NCBI GenBank assembly: GCA_965235115.1
Contig: OZ249436.1
Coordinates: forward strand, 21,020,001 to 21,084,000
Direction of reading: 5' to 3'
DNA: 64,000 nt
Source: Laetmonice hystrix
Lineage: Eukaryota
Under the pieces are notes generated by a model, which saw only the letters and a program-made list of their open reading frames with translations, ran no database searches and was not told the origin of the DNA. Each line of letters starts with the position of its first letter. Position 1 is the first letter of the stretch. This document shows, in pieces, positions 51,087-61,360 of the stretch. The position numbers and the translations under genes were made by a program.

Positions 51087-51669
51087 CAGTCAGACAAACG
51101 CGCTATACCGTTTTTGTAGAAATTTTATTTCTACTATTCAACAACAAAGTTTTCCCCCAGTTTACAGATTGATGTTTGGGGTACAGGTCGTCCTCCCGAT
51201 GCCTCGGGCATGGACAACAATATGTCAACAAGTCCTCTACAATCATGAAATGAAAGTCTAATATCGGAGACAGTCTTTAAAGATTACAATAACCTTCACC
51301 CCGTGGCTACGGGAAGTGGGATAACGTAGTGAAATCGTTGTCCAGAAGGCGGATCTCCCTTCCAGTTACTCCCGTGGCTACTGGAAGAGTAACGTCAGAC
51401 TCCTGTAGCAGTTGGGCCCGACGGCCTCTGAAGGCCAAAGGACACCTTCCAAGAACAGGAGGCGTTAGGGGTGGCGGCGGGTAACAACTTGATCAAACAG
51501 TGTCTTGATGTAAAGTGACCGATCTCAAACACGTATATGCGACAGTTAAAACTCCCGCCAGGGGAATTCCCATCATGCTCTACCCAACATGCAGTTCCGT
51601 CATATGTGCACTCAAAACTCGCGCTTGTTGTCCGACTGAAATGCTATTTCGGTCTCGAAATTCCGTTTT
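51087..51669. mobile_element. 583-bp segment unique to unit 3, mostly a TIR element
   Basis: Absent from units 1 and 2; TIR-like CAGTCAGACAA (51087) / TTGTCCGACTG (ends 51638); TTT at both junctions. Confidence 0.65.
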
Positions 51670-51981
51670 AACTAAACAATATCAAATCACTACCATCTCA
51701 TCATCTCTGCGATAACAAAGAATCATTTTGGAATGGTTAATTGATCGAACCTTTTTTTATAACAATCAATCAATTAAAATATAATAGGAAGTTTCGATGT
51801 TGTCACACGTTCTACTCACACCTTTATTCACACCTTACTATGCGGCGTTTTCACACCTTATTGGGAAACGGTAAACTTCACAAGGTGCCGCACTGCTTCA
51901 AAGGTTCCACATCAAAGACAGGTAAAGCTGCGAAGGTAATGTTTGAGACAGAACGCGGAAGATGATCTGGTCTTCAGCTCG

Positions 51982-52017
51982 TATATATAGGCCCTGATAT
52001 TCATGGACTAGTCATTC
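51982..52017 (+). promoter_or_regulatory. TATA box + initiator of PLK4-like copy 3
   Basis: TATATATAG at 51982; TCATTC with A at 52014. Confidence 0.55.
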
Positions 52018-52089
52018 AACATTCAGTTCAGCTCAGAGACTGTGCCTTGGCTTATCCTGCACTTACCGTTAAGATCTACACTTGGCTGA

Positions 52090-54297
52090 ATGTTTTCAAA
52101 CATGCCTCAAATGGGATTTAGTGACTCCATACAGGATTACCAACTTCTTGAGTTGCTCGGTACCGGCGGTTTCGCCCGGGTCTATCGAGCACTGTGCCTT
52201 TCCAACAACTTGGAGGTCGCAGTGAAGATGATTGACAAGTCGAAGATGAACACAGACTCTAAGATCACGAGGGTCCGTAAGGAGCTCCAGATTCATTCGT
52301 GTCTTCGGCATCCAGCAATCGTCCAACTGTACACCTACTTCGAGGACGGCTCCCACATCTACTTGGTGCTGGAGCTGTGCCATGGAGATCTCTACTCGTA
52401 CCTTGGCACCAACAGAGGTCTCAGTCAGGATCAAGCCAGGGATTTCACAAAGCAGGTCATCGAGGGCCTTCAGTACCTCCACTCCAAGGGGATAATGCAC
52501 AGGGACATCACCCTCCCGAACCTCCTCCTGACGTCGGACTATGAAGTGAAGATCTCCGACTTCGGACTGGCGACCCAACTGACCGGACCCGGCGACAGGC
52601 GCCTCACCATGTGCGGCACCCCCAACTACATGGCCCCCGAGGTGGTCCTGCGGGACCCTCACGGCCTGGAGGCAGACATCTGGGCTGTGGGTTGCATGCT
52701 CTACACACTCCTGGTGGGACGGGCTCCATTCAACACCCACAGCGTGAAGGCCACCCTGGAGAAGGTCGTACGGGCCGAGTTTACATTCCCATCTTACATG
52801 CCAGCACATGCTCAGAACCTTGTCCAGGCCTTGTTGAGGAAGAGCCCCGAGGAGCGGCTCACCCTTGAGGAAGTCCTGAAGCATCCATTCATGACGGGAA
52901 CATTAAAGTCAACTGTTGACCTCAACCATTGCAGTGACCTCAGCGACCCACTGGCGGACAGTAATGATGTCAGCAGTTGTGACGCCAGCAGCGAAGGTCT
53001 TCCAGACGGCACGTCTTGGTCACAGGGATCATCAACCACGTCACAGTCAGATATAGATAGTGAGGAGGGTCAGACTGTAGTGTTTAGACCATACACAACA
53101 TGCAACAGTCCATCTCCGAGACCCGTCCAGGGGTTGTATCAGGATCCCCATGAAACCAAGTTAATCCAGGACATGTTCAAGCGTGGTTATGATCTTATTG
53201 CCCAGAAAATCGATTTAGATTTGAGTATTGTAGTCCAGGAGGGGGACTTGGGGCGTCCAAGCTCCCGACCTGACGCCCCCTGGCGGAGACCTGCTGGAGG
53301 GGTTAGTATCGAGGGGACGCCTCCCAGAAACGTTCAACTATGTCCAGACGTATGCAGTGACCTCTCTGTATCATCCCAGCATGAAACAAATAACATTGAG
53401 GCTACTGGTCCAACGTCCCCCCGTGAACCCACCACGAGCCCGACAATATCGTATGGTAAAACTGTGACGAACAAAGAAGGAAAGAGATTACGAGATTACA
53501 CATCACCATTGAGTTCCAGCCGACTACGACCAATGAGACAGAGGACCAAGAATGCTATCGTCAGCATCCTCGAGGATGGCTTTGTGCGTCTTGAGTTCAC
53601 GAAAAGAACTGCTGAACAGAGTTGTGTTCTTGACACACTCAAGATTTCACCGAATGGTCAAACCATTGAAGCCTCACGTCCAAACATAGCCGATTTCTCC
53701 ACAAATGACACATCGCCAAACAGCTCTTCTCCTGCAGAAAGTACTACAAAAACGTACCGGTTTGCTGACCTGCCAGTGAAGTACTGGAAACGCTACGAGT
53801 TCGCTGCGAGGTTTATCCGTCTGGTGAAGTCCAAGACGCCCAAAGTCACTTTGTACACCGAGAAGGCAAAGTGTATGCTTATGGAGAACGGCCCAGACGC
53901 CGACTTTGACGTCATCTTCTATGACGGCGCCAAGTTCAGCGTGACGTCAGACGGTACACGCGTCATGGAGCAGGAGGGCGTGACACTGATTCTAGAACCT
54001 GGACGAGGAACGCAGCACCTTGGTCCATACACACAACAACTCTGGAAGTTCGTCACCGACTGCCACACGTTCTGCCACAGCCTCGAGTCGTTACTCACCT
54101 CCATAGATTACTACTCGTCCGACACTGAGCAGTTCCCGGTAACTGTCGGACGTCGGCAAGGCGTCCCGGAGGTGGATTTTGTACACAGACCAGACATTGC
54201 CACACCCATCGCTACCTATCAACCAGATCGTCTTGGGAAGTCCAGCCGAGGGCCGTGTCGATACGTCCCTGAACCAACAGAAGAACGACCTCAATAA
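52090..54297 (+). CDS. PLK4: Intronless Polo-like kinase 4 (SAK)-like protein, copy 3, 735 aa (kinase + PB1-PB2)
   Basis: Same motifs as copy 2; catalytic VAVK, HRD and DFG intact; single uninterrupted ORF. Confidence 0.95.
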   Translation: MFSNMPQMGFSDSIQDYQLLELLGTGGFARVYRALCLSNNLEVAVKMIDKSKMNTDSKITRVRKELQIHSCLRHPAIVQLYTYFEDGSHIYLVLELCHGDLYSYLGTNRGLSQDQARDFTKQVIEGLQYLHSKGIMHRDITLPNLLLTSDYEVKISDFGLATQLTGPGDRRLTMCGTPNYMAPEVVLRDPHGLEADIWAVGCMLYTLLVGRAPFNTHSVKATLEKVVRAEFTFPSYMPAHAQNLVQALLRKSPEERLTLEEVLKHPFMTGTLKSTVDLNHCSDLSDPLADSNDVSSCDASSEGLPDGTSWSQGSSTTSQSDIDSEEGQTVVFRPYTTCNSPSPRPVQGLYQDPHETKLIQDMFKRGYDLIAQKIDLDLSIVVQEGDLGRPSSRPDAPWRRPAGGVSIEGTPPRNVQLCPDVCSDLSVSSQHETNNIEATGPTSPREPTTSPTISYGKTVTNKEGKRLRDYTSPLSSSRLRPMRQRTKNAIVSILEDGFVRLEFTKRTAEQSCVLDTLKISPNGQTIEASRPNIADFSTNDTSPNSSSPAESTTKTYRFADLPVKYWKRYEFAARFIRLVKSKTPKVTLYTEKAKCMLMENGPDADFDVIFYDGAKFSVTSDGTRVMEQEGVTLILEPGRGTQHLGPYTQQLWKFVTDCHTFCHSLESLLTSIDYYSSDTEQFPVTVGRRQGVPEVDFVHRPDIATPIATYQPDRLGKSSRGPCRYVPEPTEERPQ

Positions 54298-55009
54298 CCT
54301 GAGCTTCCTTGAACAACAATTATTTGTGAAGGGTCGACCCGTGTAAACGATGGACTACATGTCATCATGGCCACTAGTACTGAGCGTAATCGATCATCAT
54401 CTGTCAGAGGGCAAGTCTTCCACCCGCCAATCCACTGACCATCCCTCTCACGTGTACTTGTGTGATGTCGGACTTGTGGTTCGCTACGTGAGGACCTTTT
54501 CTCGGGACACTTTGTTATATACTACACCTACGTCGGACAATATCACGGAAGAAGAGTGACATCTCAATGCTTGGCGCACAAGGAGTCTTCGCCCCAAGTA
54601 GGGGCAATAGTCCATACCGTCCATTATCATTGTATATATTTCACGTGTCTTCTGTCATCAGTCAATAAACTACTGTACATATCTGTAACTGATATGATGA
54701 GTTTCATTGCTTTTTTTCTTGAGACCTTGGTTTGTGATCCGGGCCATAATATATTCTAAATCTAATGGATAGGAACGAAAACAAATGACAAAATACCACA
54801 ATATCTAGCTCCGCCCATGTCAAGGCATGGGCCCCCCCCCGCCCCCCCCCCCAAAAAAAAAAAAAAACTGCCAATAGCTTACGGACCTTGCCCACCCCAA
54901 CTATCAATAGCTTCAACTATCTATAGCTTCCGGCACCCCTGGACAGGTATTAGGAACTGCCGCAACGTATGATGATAGAGGGTGTACCAAAACTCTGTCA
55001 CTACCTGTA

Positions 55010-55440
55010 AACTGATAGCAGCATACCGATCATGTTAACTGATTGCAGCATACCGATCATGTTAACTGATAGCATCATACTGATCATGTTAACTTACAGC
55101 ATCATACCGATCATGTTAAGCAATAGCATCATACCAATCATGTTAACTTACAGCATCATACCAATCATGTTAACTTACAGCATAATACCGATCATGTTAA
55201 CTTACAGCATAATACCGATCATGTTAACTTACAGCATAATACCGATCATGTTAACTTACAGCATAATACCGATCATGTTAACTCATAGCATCATACCAAT
55301 CATGTTAACTTACAGCATCATACCTATTATGTTAACCAATAGCATCATACCGATCATGTTAACTTACAGCATCATACCAATCATGTTAACTTACAGCATA
55401 ATACCGATCATGTTAACTGATTGCAGTATACCAATCATGT
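55010..55440. repeat. 24-bp minisatellite (unit 3 end)
   Basis: Same family as 44063 and 49346. Confidence 0.93.
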
Positions 55441-55625
55441 ACGCCCGATCTTGATCTATTCCCGGAATGGAATTTAGAATTTATTTCTAAAAGTACGAAA
55501 TGATTCCGATGGGCCGTACAAGAACAGTCCGGGGATAACCTTCACGAATATCAAAGACGTGATTAATTTCCCTTTGACAGGGTGTGCCTTTGCAAATAAA
55601 ATAATTAGGTAAAAAGAAATGTTTG

Positions 55626-56066
55626 TAAGCCGGCCATATAGGCCGACACGTACCTACCCGAACGTAGGGCCTACCGGTTTAATATGCGTTGAAAAATCCC
55701 ATTCAGAGCCGGTCGGAGCTAGATGAATGGAGTCGGCTTGGCCGAGGCGGTATAGTATGTGGTTTTCAATGCATAAAAAATAAATTAGTTGGATGGCGTT
55801 GAGTTGAGTCGGGTCGGTACAGCCGGAATCACATTGACCGATTTACAGGATCGGCCGACAAAGTCGCCTGACAAAAGTCTGACATTGTCAGACTCTTGGC
55901 GACGCCGATTTTTGGGGGGCCGACACCGATTAAATCGGGTCGCCTGGTGTCTCACACTGACCAATTTTGCCCTAAATACGGCTGATTTTTTTATTTTTTT
56001 TAATTTTTTTATTATCGGCCGACTTATGAGTCGGGCGATAATATCGGGCAATGTGAGGCCGGCTTA
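55626..56066. mobile_element. Putative MITE (Harbinger-like ends)
   Basis: TAAGCCGGCC ... GGCCGGCTTA; an additional TIR-like TATGACCGGCCTTA lies just downstream. Confidence 0.45.
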
Positions 56067-56695
56067 CGTGTATGACCGGCCTTACACGTATGGATCATAC
56101 AGGTCAATTAGTATTTTTACATACGCCTACATAATAATACCCATACCTGAGTGATTGCACATGAAGACATGACCAATTCCGACCGTTCTGCTTGGAATAA
56201 CCAATTATTGACCACTTCGGATACGTATTACAACTCATCAGGTAGCAATCAGGTAGACCTCCGGTTATGGCCATTCGCAGGAGAAAACACCGTGCCACAG
56301 AATGTTATTATCATGGTTATTCAACACTGCAGCAAGTGCTTTAGGGGAATATATATGATTGATCTGTTATGGGGGGACGGTTTATACCAATGGGAATTAG
56401 AATGAAACCAGCAATGTAATAACCTAACGAGCTGGTATTGGTAAAACCATGTTTGGAATCAAAGCAATGTTTTCCTACATACAGGTACTTAGTATGATCT
56501 ACCCGTTTCTGTAATATACCTAGCTGTTCCCGGAACTAAGCAGTGGGGGGGGGGGGGGGTTAGTCTGGCGTTGAGGGAGATCATTAACGTTTGAGATGCA
56601 CACAGTGTTCGTAAAATGGGGGTCGCCGTCTGCAACCAGCTTATCGTCATCCTTCATGGTCGACTGGCCAGAGGAAACATTATGGTGGCCGCCAA

Positions 56696-59020
56696 CATGA
56701 TTATCAGTCCGAGCAGACGGAGGATGGGCACAATATCGTGGCGATTTCACGGAGTCCCAGCCCCCACATTCACTATTCTCCTAGACATTCCTTTCAACTA
56801 CGACAAAATCGTGGCGATTTCAGGGAGTCCCAGCCCCCACATTCACTATTCTCCCAGACATGCCTTTCAAGTACGACAAAATCGTGGCGATTTCAGGGAG
56901 TCCCAGCCCCCACATTCACTATTCTCCTAGACATGATTATCAGTCCGAGCAGACGGAGGATGGGCACAATATCGTGGCGATTTCAGGGAGTCCCAGCCCC
57001 CACATTCACTATTCTCCTAGACATTCCTTTCAAGTACGACAAAATCGTGGCGATTTCAGGGAGTCCCAGCCCCCACATTCACTATTCTCCTAGACATTCC
57101 TTTCAAGAACGACAAAATCGTGGCGATTTCAGGGAGTCCCAGCCCCCACATTCACTATTCTCCTAGACATTCCTTTCAAGTACGACAAAATCGTGGCGAT
57201 TTCAGGGAGTCCCAGCCCCCACATTCACTATTCTCCTAGACATGATTATCAGTCCGAGCAGACGGAGGATGGGCACAATATCGTGGCGATTTCAGGGAGT
57301 CCCAGCCCCCACATTCACTATTCTCCCAGACATGCCTTTCAAGTACGACAAAATCGTGGCGATTTCAGGGAGTCCCAGCCCCCACATTCACTATTCTCCT
57401 AGACATGATTATCAGTCCGAGCAGACGGAGGATGGGCACAATATCGTGGCGATTTCAGGGAGTCCCAGCCCCCACATTCACTATTCTCCCAGACCTTCCT
57501 TTCAAGTACGACAAAATCGTGGCGATTTCAGGGAGTCCCAGCCCCCACATTCACTATTCTCCCAGACATTCCTTTCAAGTACGACAAAATCGTGGCGATT
57601 TCAGGGAGTCCCAGCCCCCACATTCACTATTCTCCCAGACCTTCCTTTCAAGTACGACAAAATCGTGGCGATTTCAGGGAGTCCCAGCCCCCACATTCAC
57701 TATTCTCCTAGACATTCCTTTCAAGTACGACAAAATCGTGGCGATTTCAGGGAGTCCCAGCCCCCACATTCACTATTCTCCTAGACATGATTATCAGTCC
57801 GAGCAGACGGAGGATGGGCACAATATCGTGGCGATTTCAGGGAGTCCCAGCCCCCACATTCACTATTCTCCCAGACCTTCCTTTCAAGTACGACAAAATC
57901 GTGGCGATTTCAGGGAGTCCCAGCCCCCACATTCACTATTCTCCCAGACATGATTATCAGTCCGAGCAGACGGAGGATGGGCACAATATCGTGGCGATTT
58001 CAGGGAGTCCCAGCCCCCACATTCACTATTCTCCCAGACCTTCCTTTCAAGTACGACAAAATCGTGGCGATTTCAGGGAGTCCCAGCCCCCACATTCACT
58101 ATTCTCCCAGACCTTCCTTTCAAGTACGACAAAATCGTGGCGATTTTAGGGAGTCCCAGCCCCCACATTCACTATTCTCCTAGACATTCCTTTCAAGTAC
58201 GACAAAATCGTGGCGATTTCAGGGAGTCCCAGCCCCCACATTCACTATTCTCCTAGACATGATTATCAGTCCGAGCAGACGGAGGATGGGCACAATATCG
58301 TGGCGATTTCAGGGAGTCCCAGCCCCCACATTCACTATTCTCCTAGACATTCCTTTCAAGTACGACAAAATCGTGGCGATTTCAGGGAGTCCCAGCCCCC
58401 ACATTCACTATTCTCCCAGACATGCCTTTCAAGTACGACAAAATCGTGGCGATTTCAGGGAGTCCCAGCCCCCACATTCACTATTCTCCTAGACATGATT
58501 ATCAGTCCGAGCAGACGGAGGATGGGCACAATATCGTGGCGATTTCAGGGAGTCCCAGCCCCCACATTCACTATTCTCCCAGACCTTCCTTTCAAGTACG
58601 ACAAAATCGTGGCGATTTCAGGGAGTCCCAGCCCCCACATTCACTATTCTCCCAGACATTCCTTTCAAGTACGACAAAATCGTGGCGATTTCAGGGAGTC
58701 CCAGCCCCCACATTCACTATTCTCCCAGACCTTCCTTTCAAGTACGACAAAATCGTGGCGATTTCAGGGAGTCCCAGCCCCCACATTCACTATTCTCCCA
58801 GACATTCCTTTCAAGTACGACAGAATCGTGGCTATTTCAAGGAGTCCCGGCCCCCACATTCACTATTCTCCCAGACATTACGACAAAATTGTGGCGTTTT
58901 CAGGGAGTCCCAGCCCCCACATTCACTATTCTCCCAGACATTACGACAAAATCGTGGTGTTTTCAGGGAGTCTCAGCCCCCACATTCACTATTCTCTTAG
59001 TCCTTCCATTCAAGTACGAC
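56696..59020. repeat. Satellite array of ~30 cores with 73-bp and 90-bp unit variants
   Basis: ~54-bp core ATCGTGGCGATTTCAGGGAGTCCCAGCCCCCACATTCACTATTCTCCYAGACAT followed by a 19-bp linker (TCCTTTCAAGTACGACAAA) or a 36-bp linker (GATTATCAGTCCGAGCAGACGGAGGATGGGCACAAT). Confidence 0.97.
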
Positions 59021-60776
59021 CCGAATGCACTGACCACGGCTTCAAACATTTTTAAGAAGGGCTAATTTAACTCTTCAAATGAACGCTTCCGTCCAAGCCA
59101 GCCTAAGGTTTATTAATATTTATAATATCTCCAACAGAACCTGCACCCCCAAAAAAAGATTTTTCTTTGCGTCCTCTCAAGTCGAATTCATCCACGCACA
59201 CCTCCAGGCAATCCCTATCAGGCCTACCGTGTTTTGCAAAATCTGTCTATTTGGCAGCAACAAACATTGCAACAACTAAAAATTGTATGTTATTTCCTTT
59301 GTGTGTTGACCTCATTTGTTCGGTGCACAGAGATAAAAGAAAAAACCTTTTATTGTCGCCAAAGTTCCCAGCCGAGGCCATACAAATTACAGGCCACATG
59401 CTATTCCGTCTTCTGTTGTTGTTGATATTTTTGTAAAGTTTAAAGCCGCTGTAAGCTGCTTTCTCCAATCTCGATTGGTCCCTGGAGAAGCAGATTACTG
59501 ATCCTCGTCCTTTGGGGGGTCAATGTTCATTTTACATGTAAGGGCCTCGTGTGGGCAGATACCAGGCAGCTGCCGTGGACGCTAAAACAGCTGCTGGCAG
59601 GCTACACGGTTTAATCCAGCAGGCCGATATATGCTGTGGTTTCGAATATCCCATCCTCACTGCACGGATCCACAGCACCCAGTTCAACTCAGAATAATTC
59701 CACTGCCTCTAATCGCCATGTCGAGTTATGGTTAGGTATCCACCATGTCGAGTTATGGTGGAGGTAACAGGCCACAGAACAGTGCCTTGTCCTCATAGAG
59801 CATCTCTTAAAACACACACAGAACTCTTAAAACACACAGAACACGTCTGTGAACCAAGCTCCAGAATATATAATACAGTCATCATGTTTATGAAAACCGT
59901 GGCGGAAATATTTCACTGCTATAGTGGCCCCTAATATAAGAAATATAATTTTACCTCTTCTATAGTTTTGGTTGAATAGAGGAATGTTTACTATCACAGC
60001 CAGTGCTGCAGTGTAGGTAATGTGCTGGCGGGTTAAAATTCCCATTTTCTCGGAAATTACGATCAGGAATTACTAACCATAAATAGTATCGACGTAACTG
60101 TGGATAGTCAGTACTGCATTGAGAAGTTTATATAATTCCATGTGCTTTCTGATCAGCAGCGTTTGGATTTATTAAAACGATATGTGTCACTCAATGACTG
60201 CCGGGTATTCCCAGCTGTAGATGATAATAATTAATAATTTAAAATCCAATTTGGTTTGTAGTTCTTAATGCATCCCCCAAAAAGGTGTAACGGGACCTCT
60301 GAGCATTAAAACTCACATTCGGGGTGAAAAAGATACGTCTTCTGACAGGCCAGGGTGTCCGTGATAAAATCTTCCCTCACGCTCCTTCATCAGTCATGTA
60401 TGAATAGTGCAGTGAATAATTAGGGAGTAGCTAACAAAATAGCAAACCTTTGGGGGGTATTGGGGGCACTGGGTCAAAACATCACCTCTGCCAACGTCAC
60501 CTCTCTGACGAAACAAGAATATTGTGCTGAAATTGAGCAGGACTGCTCTGATAGGGATCCAGTGTTGATGATCGACTCCCCGATTTGTTGGTCTTTCGTG
60601 AAGTGACCCCACTGCCCGATTTTCTAGCCACGGATCTATACTGAATTCCGTGCGGTGTGCACACAAAATCGCCACTACGAATTTACGATCCTGTGCCAGC
60701 CAATGGGCATGCGAGAGTGTGTCACGTGATAACATGTTTTAACCTCCCGCCAAATTTCGGGAATGACACAGCGTTT

Positions 60777-60893
60777 CGTACAGTGCCGTGGTCGTACAGT
60801 GCCGTGGTCGTACAGTGCCATGGTCATACAGTGCGTACAAGTGTCGTGGTCTTACAGTGCTGTGGTCGTACAGTGTCGTACAGTGCCGTGGTC
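60777..60893. repeat. Degenerate 16-bp tandem repeat
   Basis: Unit CGTACAGTGCCGTGGT. Confidence 0.8.
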
Positions 60894-61360
60894 AAGGAGG
60901 TCGTTGAGTCAAGCCACACCCGAGCCGCTATTCAGCCGCTATACAGCATTATTCTGCTGTACGAATGTGTCGAATGAAAGGAAAGCGTGCTTTCATTTTC
61001 GCCTGGCCGTCTCATAGGGCCCATGTTCCAAGCAACACGAATGTCACTCAGATTGCCGCACAAATTACAGAACTTCTTGATGTCAGAGATAATGTTAGAC
61101 ACATATAGGGCTACCAGGTTTTTGTTACTCGGACATTGTTTTGATGATTGGCCAATAATTAGATCTCTATGCTGTAAATAAAGCTCATGTAAATATCCTA
61201 TAACTGTACATATTATGTATGAATAAATGATATAATTATGTTTTTCTAAGATGTGAAGTAACCGAGCGATACGTGTCTGTCCCCAGCCAGTGCAGGCTAC
61301 TTCTGGGCAGAGTCGTACATAAATATACAGTTCTGTTACTTCGTGGACGTTATAATATGC

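Larger units (their letters stand above)
39087..55440 (+). repeat. Head-to-tail triplication of a ~5.2-5.6 kb PLK4-like gene unit
   Basis: Units start at TATAAACTTAGAAAC (39087, 44336, 49805). Each contains a LINE 3' relic, (TC)n, promoter, PLK4-like ORF, 112-bp repeat, MITE relic and 24-bp minisatellite. Confidence 0.96.

Noticed and set aside
40694..52884. Antisense ORFs of 248-262 aa over the PLK4 kinase domains
   Set aside because: Shadow ORFs of GC3-rich coding sequence; conserved only because the copies are near-identical.
56696..59020. CRISPR array
   Set aside because: Only two recurring linker types rather than unique spacers, core longer than typical repeats, no cas genes, eukaryotic context.
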